A stretch of 64,000 bases of DNA from contig DATHJB010000058.1 in the NCBI GenBank assembly GCA_035316325.1, positions 10,578-74,577 of the forward strand, in the 5' to 3' direction. The notes under the pieces are model-generated. The model saw nothing but the letters and a program-made list of their open reading frames with translations, made no database searches and was not told the origin of the DNA. Position 1 is the first letter of the stretch, and each line of letters begins with the position of its first letter. Source of the stretch: Acidimicrobiales bacterium. GTDB lineage: Bacteria > Actinomycetota > Acidimicrobiia > Acidimicrobiales > VFJN01. The translations under genes were made by a program, and so were the position numbers. Of the stretch, positions 55,883 to 64,000 are shown piece by piece.

Positions 55883-57159
55883 TAAGTCTCCGATTGGGTC
55901 TCGATGGAGAAGAGCTCGCGTAGCGCGGCAACGAGCCGATCACCCCGCGGGCTACCCGCAGCGTCCTTGAGGACCACCGTCGGCTGGTGCAGCAGCTTGG
56001 CGACGAGGCTCTTGGTGAAGGCCTCGACGGCCTCCAGTTCCGCGGGCTCCAGAGTAGTGAACCGGTTGCGGAAGCGCCCGAGCTCCGACGTGCGGATCTC
56101 CTCGGCCCGGCTGCGGAGCGCCACCACCAGCGGCGCGACCTCGCGAGCCGACGACTCCTCCAGGTAGCGCTGCAGCTCCTCGTCGAGGATGGCCTCCACG
56201 CTCGTGACCTCCCGCCGCCGCCCCGCGATGCCCTGCTCCGCGAACGCCCGCAGGTCGTCCATGTCGAGCAGCGTCACCCCGGGGATGTCGGCCGCCTCCC
56301 GGTCGACGTCGCGCGGCACGGCGATGTCGACGATCAGCAGCGGCCGGTCGGGTCGCACCGCCATGACCGGGATCAGGTCGATGGCCTCGATCATCGGCAC
56401 GCGCGCCCCGGTCGACGTGAGCACCAGATCGACCTCGGCCAGCTGGTCCGGCAGGTCGACCAGCGGCACGGAGCGGCCGCCGACGCGGGCGGCCAGCTCG
56501 TCGGCGCGGGAGCGGGTGCGGTTGGCGACCCGCACCTCGGCGACGCCGGCGTGCGACAGCGCCGCGGTCATGCCCTCGCCCATCTCGCCGGCGCCGATCA
56601 CCAGCACCGAGCGCTCGTGCAGGTCGCCCAGGCGCTGGGTGGCCATGGCCACCGCCGCCTGCGACACCGAGGCGATGTTGCGGGCGATGCCCGTCTCGGT
56701 GCGGGCCCGCTTGCCGGCCTGCAGGGCGTGCCGGAACACCAGGTTCAGCGTGCTGCCGGTGGTGCCTTCGGCGTGGGCCGCCTCCCAGGCCGCCTTGACC
56801 TGGCCCTGGATCTCGCTCTCGCCGAGCACGGCCGAATCGAGGCCGGCGGTGACGCCCAGCAGGTGGCGCACCGCGGGATCGTCGTAGTGGACGTAGAGGT
56901 GGTCGGAGAAGGCCTCGGGCGGCAGGAAGGACAGGTCGCCGAGGAAGTCGCGGATCTCGCCGAAGGCGGCGTGGAAGCGCTCGGCGACGGCGTAGACCTC
57001 GGTGCGGTTGCAGGTCGACAGCACGACCGCCTCGCTGAGGTTCTCACGCGTCGTGAGGTCGTGGAGCGCCTTGGAGATCTGGCCGTCGCCGATCGCCATC
57101 CGCTCGAGCAGGTCGAGGGGGGCAGTTCGATGGTTCAGTCCGATGACGACGACAGACAC
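55882..57159 (-). CDS. hemA: Glutamyl-tRNA reductase
   Basis: 425-aa ORF with a GTG start. The motifs VIGLNHRTAPLDLLE and LSTCNRTEVYA are present, with an NADPH fold (VLVIGAGEMGE). Confidence 0.93.
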   Translation of the reverse strand: MSVVVIGLNHRTAPLDLLERMAIGDGQISKALHDLTTRENLSEAVVLSTCNRTEVYAVAERFHAAFGEIRDFLGDLSFLPPEAFSDHLYVHYDDPAVRHLLGVTAGLDSAVLGESEIQGQVKAAWEAAHAEGTTGSTLNLVFRHALQAGKRARTETGIARNIASVSQAAVAMATQRLGDLHERSVLVIGAGEMGEGMTAALSHAGVAEVRVANRTRSRADELAARVGGRSVPLVDLPDQLAEVDLVLTSTGARVPMIEAIDLIPVMAVRPDRPLLIVDIAVPRDVDREAADIPGVTLLDMDDLRAFAEQGIAGRRREVTSVEAILDEELQRYLEESSAREVAPLVVALRSRAEEIRTSELGRFRNRFTTLEPAELEAVEAFTKSLVAKLLHQPTVVLKDAAGSPRGDRLVAALRELFSIETQSET

Positions 57160-57767
57160 GCTCGCAAGCGCTCCTTGGCTTCTTCGGACCGTCCGGCCCG
57201 AACGAGGTCCAGAATTCCCGAATCAAGCGCCGCCCGCCAATCGAGCGACTCGGTGCCGCGGCCGTCGGCTTGGATCTCCTGACGCACTTCGGCCAACACC
57301 CCGATGAGCACGTCATATTCCGGCCCGAGCTCGTCGTCAAGGCGTCCGCGCAGCCAAGCGGCCACCGCGGGGCTGTGCCCACCTGTCGAGATCGTGACGA
57401 GAAGCTTGCCCTGCCGCACCCGGGCGGGCAGCACGAAGCTGCAGCGCTCCGGGTCATCCGCGCTGTTGACCCACACGCCGGCGGCCTCGGCGTCGTCGTA
57501 CACCTGCTGGTTCACGGCGGGGTCGCCGGTGGCGGCGATGGCCAGCCGGTAGTCGCCGGCCTCCGGGGATCGGTACGCGCGCTCCGTGACCGCAACACCC
57601 AGCTCCGCGATCGCCGGCAGCACCTCGGGGGCGACCACGGTGACGTCGGCCCGGGCGTCGAGCAGCCCCCGCACCTTCTGCAGCGCCACCGGCCCGCCGC
57701 CCACCACCAGGCAGCGACGACCCTCCACCACGAGGTTGACCGGGTAGAGGGGGGCGTCGACCGGCAT
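57135..57767 (-). CDS. Precorrin-2 dehydrogenase / sirohydrochlorin ferrochelatase (SirC / CysG N-terminal type)
   Basis: 210-aa ORF with a Rossmann fold (CLVVGGGPVALQKVRGLL) and the motifs NSADDPERCSFVLPA and ISTGGHSPA. Confidence 0.8.
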   Translation of the reverse strand: MPVDAPLYPVNLVVEGRRCLVVGGGPVALQKVRGLLDARADVTVVAPEVLPAIAELGVAVTERAYRSPEAGDYRLAIAATGDPAVNQQVYDDAEAAGVWVNSADDPERCSFVLPARVRQGKLLVTISTGGHSPAVAAWLRGRLDDELGPEYDVLIGVLAEVRQEIQADGRGTESLDWRAALDSGILDLVRAGRSEEAKERLRACLSSSSD

Positions 57768-57770
57768 CGG

Positions 57771-58478
57771 TCAGGCCGACGAGGCGTCGCCGGGGCTCGC
57801 GTCGACCGTCACCACCGGGCGCTGACCGTCGGCGGCCTTGCGCCGCTGGTAGAAGCTGAGGATCTGGAGCTCGACCGCCAGGTCGACCTTGCGCAGCGAC
57901 ACCTCCTCCGGCACCGACAGGATCGTCGGGGCGAAGTTGAGCACCGACGTGACGCCGGCGGCGATGAGCCGGTCGGCCACCTCCTGGGCGGCGGGGGCCG
58001 GCGTCGCGATGATGCCGATGGCGATGCCGTCCTCCGCGGCGATCTGCGGCAGGTCGTCGATGTGGCGGACGACCACGTTGTTGATGGTGGTGCCCACCAC
58101 CCGCTCGTCGGCGTCGACCAGCGCGGCGACGGGGAAGCCCCGCTCGCCGAAACCGCCGTAGTTGGCGAGGGCGTGGCCCAGGTTGCCGAGCCCGACGATG
58201 ACGACCGGCCAGTCGTTGGTGAGGCCGAGCTCCCGGCTCATCTGGAACAGCAGGTACTCGACGTCGTAGCCGACCCCGCGGGTGCCGTAGCTGCCCAGGT
58301 AGCTGAGGTCCTTGCGGACCTTGGCGGCGTTCACGCCCGACAGCTCCGCCAGCCGCTCCGACGAGATGGTCGGGGTGTCGTGGTCGGCCACTTCCAGCAG
58401 GCTGCGGAGGTAGAGGGGCAAGCGAGCGACCGTCGCCTCCGGGATCTTCCGTTTCGGCCTCTTCGGTCGCTCGGCCAT
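57771..58478 (-). CDS. rex: Redox-sensing transcriptional repressor Rex
   Basis: The motifs IPEATVARLPLYLR, KDLSYLGSYGTRGVGYDV and the NAD fold VIVGLGNLGHALANY are present. There are two in-frame ATGs, at 58511 and 58478. I list 58478 (MAERPKRPKRK) because a Rex-operator-like palindrome covers 58503-58520. Confidence 0.88.
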   Translation of the reverse strand: MAERPKRPKRKIPEATVARLPLYLRSLLEVADHDTPTISSERLAELSGVNAAKVRKDLSYLGSYGTRGVGYDVEYLLFQMSRELGLTNDWPVVIVGLGNLGHALANYGGFGERGFPVAALVDADERVVGTTINNVVVRHIDDLPQIAAEDGIAIGIIATPAPAAQEVADRLIAAGVTSVLNFAPTILSVPEEVSLRKVDLAVELQILSFYQRRKAADGQRPVVTVDASPGDASSA

Positions 58479-58502
58479 ACCAGGCGACACCCTAACCCGC
58501 CC

Positions 58503-58520
58503 TTGTTCCATTTCTCACAA
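58503..58520. promoter_or_regulatory. Rex-operator-like palindrome upstream of rex
   Basis: The site TTGTTCCATTTCTCACAA matches 10 of 14 positions. It shares the right half CTCACA with the 36488 site. It lies 25-42 nt upstream of the ATG at 58478. Confidence 0.35.
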
Positions 58521-58525
58521 GCGGC

Positions 58526-60025
58526 CTACAAGGCTCGCCGGAGCAGCTTGCCGGCGAGGGTGTGCGGCAGCTCGTCGACGAAGTCGACCTCCACGGGGCA
58601 CTTGTAATGGGCCATGTGCTCACCGCAGAAGTCGACGATCTCCTGTCCGGTCGGCGGCGTGGCACCGGGCGCCGGCACCACGTGGGCGACCACCGCCTCG
58701 CCCGTGCGGGGATCGGGCCGGCCCGTGACCGCGGCCTCGGCGACGGCGGGGTGCAGCATGACCACCTCCTCGACCTCGGCGGGGAACACGTTGAACCCCG
58801 AGACGATCACCAGGTCCTTGGCGCGGTCGACCAGGTAGAGGAAGCCGTCGTCGTCGACCACGGCGACGTCGCCGGTGCGCAGCCAGCCGTCGGCGGTGAG
58901 CGCCGAGGCGGTGGCCTGCGGGTCCTCCCAGTAGCCCGGGAACACGTTGGGCCCCCGCACCCAGATCTCGCCCGGGTCGCCGACGAGCACGTCCTCGGCG
59001 GTGCCGCTCTGCAGCTCGTCGACCAGGCGGAGCGCCACGTGGGGCAGCGGCACGCCGATGCTCCCGTCGGGGGCGCCGACGCCGAGGCCCGACGTGACCG
59101 CGGGCGACGCCTCGGTCAGCCCGTAGCCCTCCACCACGTCGAGGCCGAAGCGGTCGCGCAGGGCACGGCGCACCTCGGGGTCGAGGGCGGCGGCACCGGA
59201 GCTGGCGATGCGCACCTTGGCGAAGGCGTCGGGCGGCACGTCGTCGTCGGGGAGCCTCGACCACGCCGCCCACATCGACGGCACCCCGGGCACCACGGTC
59301 ACGCCGGTGCTCGTGAGCAGGTCGAGCGTGGCGCGGGCGTCGAAGCGCTCGGCCAGCACCACGGCGCTGCCGGCGGCCAGCGACACGCCGATGGCGACGT
59401 TGAGCCCGTAGATGTGGAACGTCGGCAGCACGCCCAGCACGCGGTCGTCGGGGCTCTGGCTGCCGCCGCCGGCCAGGATCTGGTCGACGTTGGCGAGCAG
59501 GTTGCCGTGGGTGAGCATCGCCGGCCGGCTCGGCCCGGCGGTGCCGCTGGTGAAGACGAGGACGGCCAGGTCGTCGGGCTCGAGGTCGACGGCCGGGGTC
59601 GGGTCGGCCTTCCGCAGCTCGTCGAGCCTCTGGGGGCCGACCACCTGCTCCAGGTCGGTCAGGACCGCCCGGTCGAGGGCGGCGGCGGTGGGCTCGGCGA
59701 CGGGGCCGACCACCAGGGCCCGGGCGCCGACCGCGGCCAGCTCGCGCTGCAGCTCCGGCGCCGGGCTCAGCGGGTTGAGCGGCACCACCACGGCGCCGAT
59801 GCCGAGCGCCGCCAGGTAGACCGCCACGAAGTCGGGGTCGTTGGCCTGGGCGACGGCCACCCGGTCGCCCCGGGCCAGGCCCAGCTGTACCAGCCCGCCC
59901 CGCAGGCGGGCGACGTCGTCGCGCAGCTCGCCGTACGTCACCACCCGCCCCGAGTCGGTGCACAGCGCCACCGACTCCGCCGGATGCGACCCCACCACCG
60001 ACGCCAGGTTCACCTCGTCAGTCAA
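58526..60025 (-). CDS. AMP-dependent acyl-CoA synthetase/ligase (FadD-like)
   Basis: AMP-binding motifs are present (LVFTSGTAGPSRPAMLTH, YGLTE, GWLRTGD, a C-terminal GK). The start is uncertain: TTG at 60025, GTG at 60013, or the ORF-track maximum at 60139. Confidence 0.85.
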   Translation of the reverse strand: MTDEVNLASVVGSHPAESVALCTDSGRVVTYGELRDDVARLRGGLVQLGLARGDRVAVAQANDPDFVAVYLAALGIGAVVVPLNPLSPAPELQRELAAVGARALVVGPVAEPTAAALDRAVLTDLEQVVGPQRLDELRKADPTPAVDLEPDDLAVLVFTSGTAGPSRPAMLTHGNLLANVDQILAGGGSQSPDDRVLGVLPTFHIYGLNVAIGVSLAAGSAVVLAERFDARATLDLLTSTGVTVVPGVPSMWAAWSRLPDDDVPPDAFAKVRIASSGAAALDPEVRRALRDRFGLDVVEGYGLTEASPAVTSGLGVGAPDGSIGVPLPHVALRLVDELQSGTAEDVLVGDPGEIWVRGPNVFPGYWEDPQATASALTADGWLRTGDVAVVDDDGFLYLVDRAKDLVIVSGFNVFPAEVEEVVMLHPAVAEAAVTGRPDPRTGEAVVAHVVPAPGATPPTGQEIVDFCGEHMAHYKCPVEVDFVDELPHTLAGKLLRRAL

Positions 60026-60173
60026 CCACTTCCGTCGCCCGAGAGTCGTAGCGGAGTGGCCCTTGACGTCGGAGGACGCGGGGGAACCAAGGCGGCCGAG
60101 GCACAGCCCGCAGCGAGGCTCTCCAGCCAGCAACACCACCGCAACCCGAGTCAGCTGGACCTCCGCTACGCCG

Positions 60174-60260
60174 CTACAAGATCATTAGGAGCTGGATGGT
60201 GCCTGCCAGCAGGATCAGGGCGAGTAGCACCCCGAGCGCGATCGTCGTCCCTGGCCTCAT
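60174..60260 (-). CDS. Possible 28-aa hydrophobic micro-protein
   Basis: The ATG overlaps the stop of the DUF62 gene (ATGA at 60257-60260). The peptide is MRPGTTIALGVLLALILLAGTIQLLMIL, a single TM helix. There is no other support. Confidence 0.25.
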   Translation of the reverse strand: MRPGTTIALGVLLALILLAGTIQLLMIL

Positions 60261-61138
60261 CCTGACTTCCTTCCGAGTGTCACCGAGGTGGTGACCGAGC
60301 CGGGCGACTCGGGCGAGTCGTCGTCGAGGGGCGCCAGCACGATCTCGTCGCCGGTCGCCAGGTCGAGCGTCTCGGCGGCCGAGCCCCGGGCCATGGCGAT
60401 CGCCAGCAGGCCGTAGCTGTCGGTCACCAGGCCCACCTGGCCGCCCTCGAGCTGCTCGAAGGCGTCGATCCGGGTGGCGGTGCGGGAGCCGGGCTTGGGC
60501 TGCGTCCAGCGGACCTGCACCCGCGGCCCCCAGTCGGCGATCTGCGCCGGGTCGACGTTGAGCTGGCAGTTGCCGTAGCGGTCGACCCAGAACACCTGGC
60601 CCACCAGCGTGCCGTCCTCCTCCCGGGAGAGCGGGATCACGCCGGGCAGCAGCGACACGGGATCGACCGGCTCGCCGAGGTCGTACAGCGGCACGCCGTT
60701 GCACAGGTGCGCCGCCGCCGGGCCGAACACGTCGCGGCCGGCGAACGTCGCCCCGGGCGCCTCCAGGTGGTACTCGGGGTTGGAGAGCTCCACGGCATCG
60801 GTCGCTCCCCCGACCAGGCCGACCGCCGCGGCCAGCAGGCCGTTGTCCGGCCCCACCAGGTACGACTGGCCGCCGCCCACCTCGATGGCGACGGCCCGGC
60901 GCTCGGTGCCGACGCCGGGGTCGACCACCGCCATCACCACACCGGGGCACAGGTAGGGCACGGCGCGGGCGAGTGTGAGGGAGCCGCCGCGCACGTCGTA
61001 GGGGGCCACCTCGTGGGTGATGTCGAGCACGGTGGCGTGGGGGGCCAGCGAGCGGATCACCGACTTCACGACGCCCACGAACTCGTCGGTCGTGCCGTAG
61101 TCGGAGAGGAAGGAGATGGTGTCGAACCGGGGGGACAT
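60257..61138 (-). CDS. SAM hydroxide adenosyltransferase / SAM hydrolase family protein (DUF62)
   Basis: 293-aa ORF. It begins ISFLSDYGTTDEFVGVVKSV, and also carries VVDPGVGTERR, GPDNGLL and DRYGN. Confidence 0.8.
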   Translation of the reverse strand: MSPRFDTISFLSDYGTTDEFVGVVKSVIRSLAPHATVLDITHEVAPYDVRGGSLTLARAVPYLCPGVVMAVVDPGVGTERRAVAIEVGGGQSYLVGPDNGLLAAAVGLVGGATDAVELSNPEYHLEAPGATFAGRDVFGPAAAHLCNGVPLYDLGEPVDPVSLLPGVIPLSREEDGTLVGQVFWVDRYGNCQLNVDPAQIADWGPRVQVRWTQPKPGSRTATRIDAFEQLEGGQVGLVTDSYGLLAIAMARGSAAETLDLATGDEIVLAPLDDDSPESPGSVTTSVTLGRKSG

Positions 61139-61163
61139 CCGGATCGCGACGCTAAGGGCTTGG

Positions 61164-61964
61164 CTATCCCTGCCCCAACTCGCGGCTGCGCTCGGTCGCG
61201 GCCATCACCGCGTCGAGCAGCGCGGCCCGGACGCCCTGCTGTTCCAGCACCCGCAGGCCCGCCGCCGTGGTGCCGGCGGGCGACGTGACGGCGGTGCGCA
61301 GCAGGATCGGCGGCTCCCCCGTGTCGACCAGCAGCTTGCCCACCCCGACCAGCGTCTGGGTGGCCAGCGCCGCGCTCACCGGGCGGGTCAGGCCGGCCAG
61401 CACACCGGCGTCGATCAGGGCCTCGACCACGAGGAACAGGTACGCCGGGCCCGATCCCGACAGGCCGGTGACCGCATCGAGGAGCCCCTCGTCCACCCGC
61501 ACCACCGTGCCGACGGCGCCGAGGATGCCCTCGGCCCAGTCGAGCTCGGCGTCGCCGGCCGAGCTGCCGGGAGCCAGCGCCGAGGCGGCCGCCCCGACGA
61601 GGGCCGCCGTGTTGGGCATCGCCCGCACGACCGGGGTACCCGGGGCGAGCCCCGACTCGAGGGTGGCGGTGGTCACCCCGGCGGCGATCGACAGCACGGG
61701 GGCGCGGTCGCCCATCGATTTCAGCGCCCCGCACACGGCGGGGACGTCGGGCGGCTTCACCGCGACGACGTGGCCGGCGGCGGCGACGGGCTCGTCGACC
61801 ACCTGGGCGCCGGGGAACGCCGCCCGCAGGGCCTCGGCCCTACCCGGGTCCTTCTCGACCACGCACAGCTGCTCGGCGGTGGCCCACCCCTTGGCCAGCA
61901 GCCCGGCGAACAGCGCCTCACCCATCTTGCCGCCGCCGATCACCTGCAGTCGTGCTCCAACCAT
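61164..61964 (-). CDS. proC: Pyrroline-5-carboxylate reductase
   Basis: 266-aa ORF with the motifs IGGGKMGEAL, RAMPNTAALVG, SGSGPAYLF and VTSPAGTT. Confidence 0.9.
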   Translation of the reverse strand: MVGARLQVIGGGKMGEALFAGLLAKGWATAEQLCVVEKDPGRAEALRAAFPGAQVVDEPVAAAGHVVAVKPPDVPAVCGALKSMGDRAPVLSIAAGVTTATLESGLAPGTPVVRAMPNTAALVGAAASALAPGSSAGDAELDWAEGILGAVGTVVRVDEGLLDAVTGLSGSGPAYLFLVVEALIDAGVLAGLTRPVSAALATQTLVGVGKLLVDTGEPPILLRTAVTSPAGTTAAGLRVLEQQGVRAALLDAVMAATERSRELGQG

Positions 61965-61989
61965 GGCTGGACGTTACGACCCGGGAGCT

Positions 61990-62029
61990 CCGTCACCGCG
62001 CGGACCTCCCCCGAGGTCGCCGGTGACGG
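61990..62029 (-). terminator. Composite hairpin between the YbjN-like gene and proC
   Basis: The outer 9-bp arms are CCGTCACCG / CGGTGACGG. The inner stem is GACCTC-ccc-GAGGTC. It lies about 47 nt after the stop at 62076. Confidence 0.35.
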
Positions 62030-62075
62030 ACCCCCGGACGCAGGATCAGAGTAGCTGAAAGTGATGGATAGTCCG

Positions 62076-62543
62076 TCAACCCTTGAACAGGCCGGCGAAG
62101 CCGATCCGCATGGCCGGGCGGAAGAACTGCTCCACCCACACGTACAGCGAGCCCAGGATGCGGTCGAGCTCGTCGTCGTCGATGCAGTCGTTGCTCAGCT
62201 GGCCCACCAGGAAGACCGCGTCCTCGTCGCCGACGGCGAACGCGGCGCCGTAGAGCTTCAGGTTGCGCTTCAGGAGGTGCTCGAAGAACTGGGCTTGGTG
62301 GGTCTCCGGCGCCGGCATCACGTAGGTCTCGTAGTGGAGGGTCCGCTGGCGCAGGTGGAACCAGATGCTGAAGACGTCCTTCTGCTCGCCGTGCACCCGC
62401 ACGAACCAGCGCCGCTCCCCCGACTCGACGTCGCGCTCCACGGCGGCGACCACCGGGTTCTCGTCGCGCTGCCGGGCCAGCCACGCCTCGATGCGCGCCT
62501 CCAGGGCGTCGAGCTCGGCCTCGTCGAAGGTGCGTTGGGCCAT
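62076..62543 (-). CDS. YbjN-like (type III secretion chaperone-fold) cytosolic protein
   Basis: Begins at the internal ATG at 62543: MAQRTFDEAELDALEARIEAWL...LHYETYVMPAPE...FAVGDEDAVFLVGQL. This family assignment is from memory and should be treated as tentative. Confidence 0.55.
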   Translation of the reverse strand: MAQRTFDEAELDALEARIEAWLARQRDENPVVAAVERDVESGERRWFVRVHGEQKDVFSIWFHLRQRTLHYETYVMPAPETHQAQFFEHLLKRNLKLYGAAFAVGDEDAVFLVGQLSNDCIDDDELDRILGSLYVWVEQFFRPAMRIGFAGLFKG

Positions 62544-62551
62544 GGCCCCTA

Positions 62552-63067
62552 TCAGAGCCCGGCGGCCACCTCGGTCGCCAGGTCGGTCGCCACGCCGGCG
62601 TCGGCCGAGGGCTCGCCGCTCGACCGCACCGCCACGAGCACCGCCCGGTCGCCCTTGGCGAAGCCCACCGAGCCGCCGTCGGCCGAGCCCTGGCCGACGC
62701 CGACGAACCCCGGGAACGACACAGCGTGGTCGCCGACGCCGGTGACCGGCGCCTTCACGACGAGCTGGTCGACGTAGTCGCTCTGGAAGTCGGCGACCGG
62801 CAGCGTGGAGAGCAGCACCACGGTGCCGTCGCTCTCGGCCCACTCGCACTCGGCGACGCCGTCGCCCATCGAGGTGCCCGACGGGTCCGGCACGCCCTCG
62901 GGGAACACCGGGCCCAGCGCCGCGTCGTCGAGGAGCCCGCAGGCGTCGCCCTGGCTCTCGCGGCCGGTGGGCAGCTTGCCGCCCGACCCGTCGTCGTCGC
63001 CTGGTTCACCACAGGCGGCGACCACCACCAGGCCGACCAGCAACGTTGACAGGGCCAGGTTGCGCAT
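62552..63067 (-). CDS. Secreted lipoprotein (DUF3558-like)
   Basis: The ATG at 63067 has GGAGGT 7 nt upstream. A signal peptide with a lipobox is present (MRNLALSTLLVGLVVVAAC), followed by CGLLDDAAL and a second Cys. Confidence 0.7.
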   Translation of the reverse strand: MRNLALSTLLVGLVVVAACGEPGDDDGSGGKLPTGRESQGDACGLLDDAALGPVFPEGVPDPSGTSMGDGVAECEWAESDGTVVLLSTLPVADFQSDYVDQLVVKAPVTGVGDHAVSFPGFVGVGQGSADGGSVGFAKGDRAVLVAVRSSGEPSADAGVATDLATEVAAGL

Positions 63068-63131
63068 AGGTGCTACCTCCGCCGACAAGGGCTTGGGTGG
63101 CCCACCCCCGCGCGGAGGGTACTCCTGCGGT

Positions 63132-63935
63132 CTAGACCCGGCAGATGATCTCGCCGTGGACGATGGTCAGCACGGCGTCGGGCGTGGCGCCCCACAGGCG
63201 CCAGCCGGCGGCGAGGTCCTCCAGCTCGTCCTGGGTGGCGATGCCGTAGCCCAGCGCCTGCTCGGCGAACGACGAGGCCACAGAGCGCTCGGCCCACACG
63301 TCGCTCCACCAGGCCCGCTCGTCGGGCGTGGCGAACGTCCAGGTGGAGGTGGTGTAGGTGACGTCGTCGAGGCCGGCGGCCCGGGCCCAGGCCGGCAAGT
63401 AGCGACCGGCGGCGGCCTCGGCCCGGTTGCGGCGGGTCACCTCCACGTACGCCTGCTGCCAGCGGTCGAGGCCCGGGTTGGCGGGCGCCCACAGGAACGC
63501 CGACGAGTCGCCGTCGCGGGCGGCCACCACGCCGCCGGGCCGCACCAGGCGGGCCATCGCCGCCAGCGCCCCCACCGGGTCGACCAGGTGCTGGAGCACC
63601 TGGTGGGCGTGGGCCACGTCGAACGACCCCTCGGCCAGTCCCAGCTCCCGGAAGTCGCCCGCCACGAGCTCGACGTTGTCGGCGCCCTGCTCCGCGGCGT
63701 GCCGGCGGGCCTCGGGGAGCACGTCGTCGGCGATGTCGACCGCCACCACCGCGCCGGGCGCCACGCGGGACGCCAGGTCGACCGTCAGCGTGCCCGGGCC
63801 GCAGCCGACGTCGAGCAGGCGCCGACCCGGTGCGAGGTGCGGCAGCAGGTACGCCGCGGAGTTCTCGGCGGTGCGCCAGCGGTGCGACCGCAGCACCGAG
63901 TCGTGGTGACCGTGCGTGTAGACGTCCTCACCCAT
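63132..63935 (-). CDS. Class I SAM-dependent methyltransferase
   Basis: 267-aa ORF. SAM motif I is LLDVGCGPGTLT, with a post-I acidic residue (VDIADD). Confidence 0.85.
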   Translation of the reverse strand: MGEDVYTHGHHDSVLRSHRWRTAENSAAYLLPHLAPGRRLLDVGCGPGTLTVDLASRVAPGAVVAVDIADDVLPEARRHAAEQGADNVELVAGDFRELGLAEGSFDVAHAHQVLQHLVDPVGALAAMARLVRPGGVVAARDGDSSAFLWAPANPGLDRWQQAYVEVTRRNRAEAAAGRYLPAWARAAGLDDVTYTTSTWTFATPDERAWWSDVWAERSVASSFAEQALGYGIATQDELEDLAAGWRLWGATPDAVLTIVHGEIICRV

Positions 63936-64000
63936 CTACCGAAAGCTACGCGCACTCCACCAGCGAGCCCGCGGTGATATCGGCGTAGAGGCGACGCAGG

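Noticed and set aside
60174-60950. A 258-aa minus-strand ORF overlapping the DUF62 gene in another frame.
   Set aside because: It is Arg/Gly/Pro-rich with no motif and lies entirely within a well-supported CDS, apart from its last 28 codons. Those 28 codons are discussed separately as a low-confidence micro-ORF.

Overview
This is a very GC-rich bacterial window, with almost every real codon ending in G or C. Its gene content looks actinobacterial: a rex-hem operon, a DUF397/XRE pair, an ECF sigma factor and menaquinone-type respiratory genes. I have no firmer taxonomic call. About 60 of the roughly 64 genes lie on the minus strand.

Gene content from the low-coordinate end:
- (1) An 11-gene NADH dehydrogenase operon, nuoABCDHIJKLMN, with no nuoEFG (10105 down to 1; nuoN runs off the window edge).
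- (2) An ECF sigma factor translationally coupled to a proline-rich membrane protein.
- (3) A visibly lower-GC islet holding a divergent DUF397 / XRE-HTH pair and two small membrane proteins.
- (4) A complete 14-gene nuoA-N operon (30822 down to 15100). It is joined without any break to an upstream Rieske/cytochrome b6-type complex. That upstream cluster encodes an orphan membrane protein, a 2x[4Fe-4S] ferredoxin, split cytochrome b6 plus subunit IV, a Rieske protein, a di-haem cytochrome c and a second orphan membrane protein (36474 down to 30826).
- (5) A divergent mono-haem cytochrome c and a geranylgeranyl (menaquinone) reductase.
- (6) lgt with a long acidic repeat tail.
- (7) pgi-gnd-zwf.
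- (8) Haem and sirohaem genes (rex-sirC-hemA-hemC, cobA/hemD, hemB-hemL). These are interrupted by a plus-strand SGNH-hydrolase/propeller-repeat gene and a 5-gene branched-chain-type ABC transporter.
- (9) An acyl-CoA synthetase, a SAM hydroxide adenosyltransferase (DUF62), proC, a YbjN-like protein, a lipoprotein and a methyltransferase.

The signals I rate highest:
- The 21-gene bc-type plus complex I super-operon, with its co-encoded ferredoxin and two orphan membrane subunits.
- The cytochrome b is b6-like: split, with a CLGG cysteine, 14-residue histidine spacing in helix D, and APWY in place of PEWY.
- The tandem EFG-less nuo operon.
- Two families of short dispersed palindromic repeats. 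One copy sits in-frame inside pgi.
- Rex-operator-like palindromes at the heads of all three redox operons.

I saw no rRNA, tRNA, CRISPR array, transposase or integrase. All calls rest on motif recognition and hand translation. No database search was possible.
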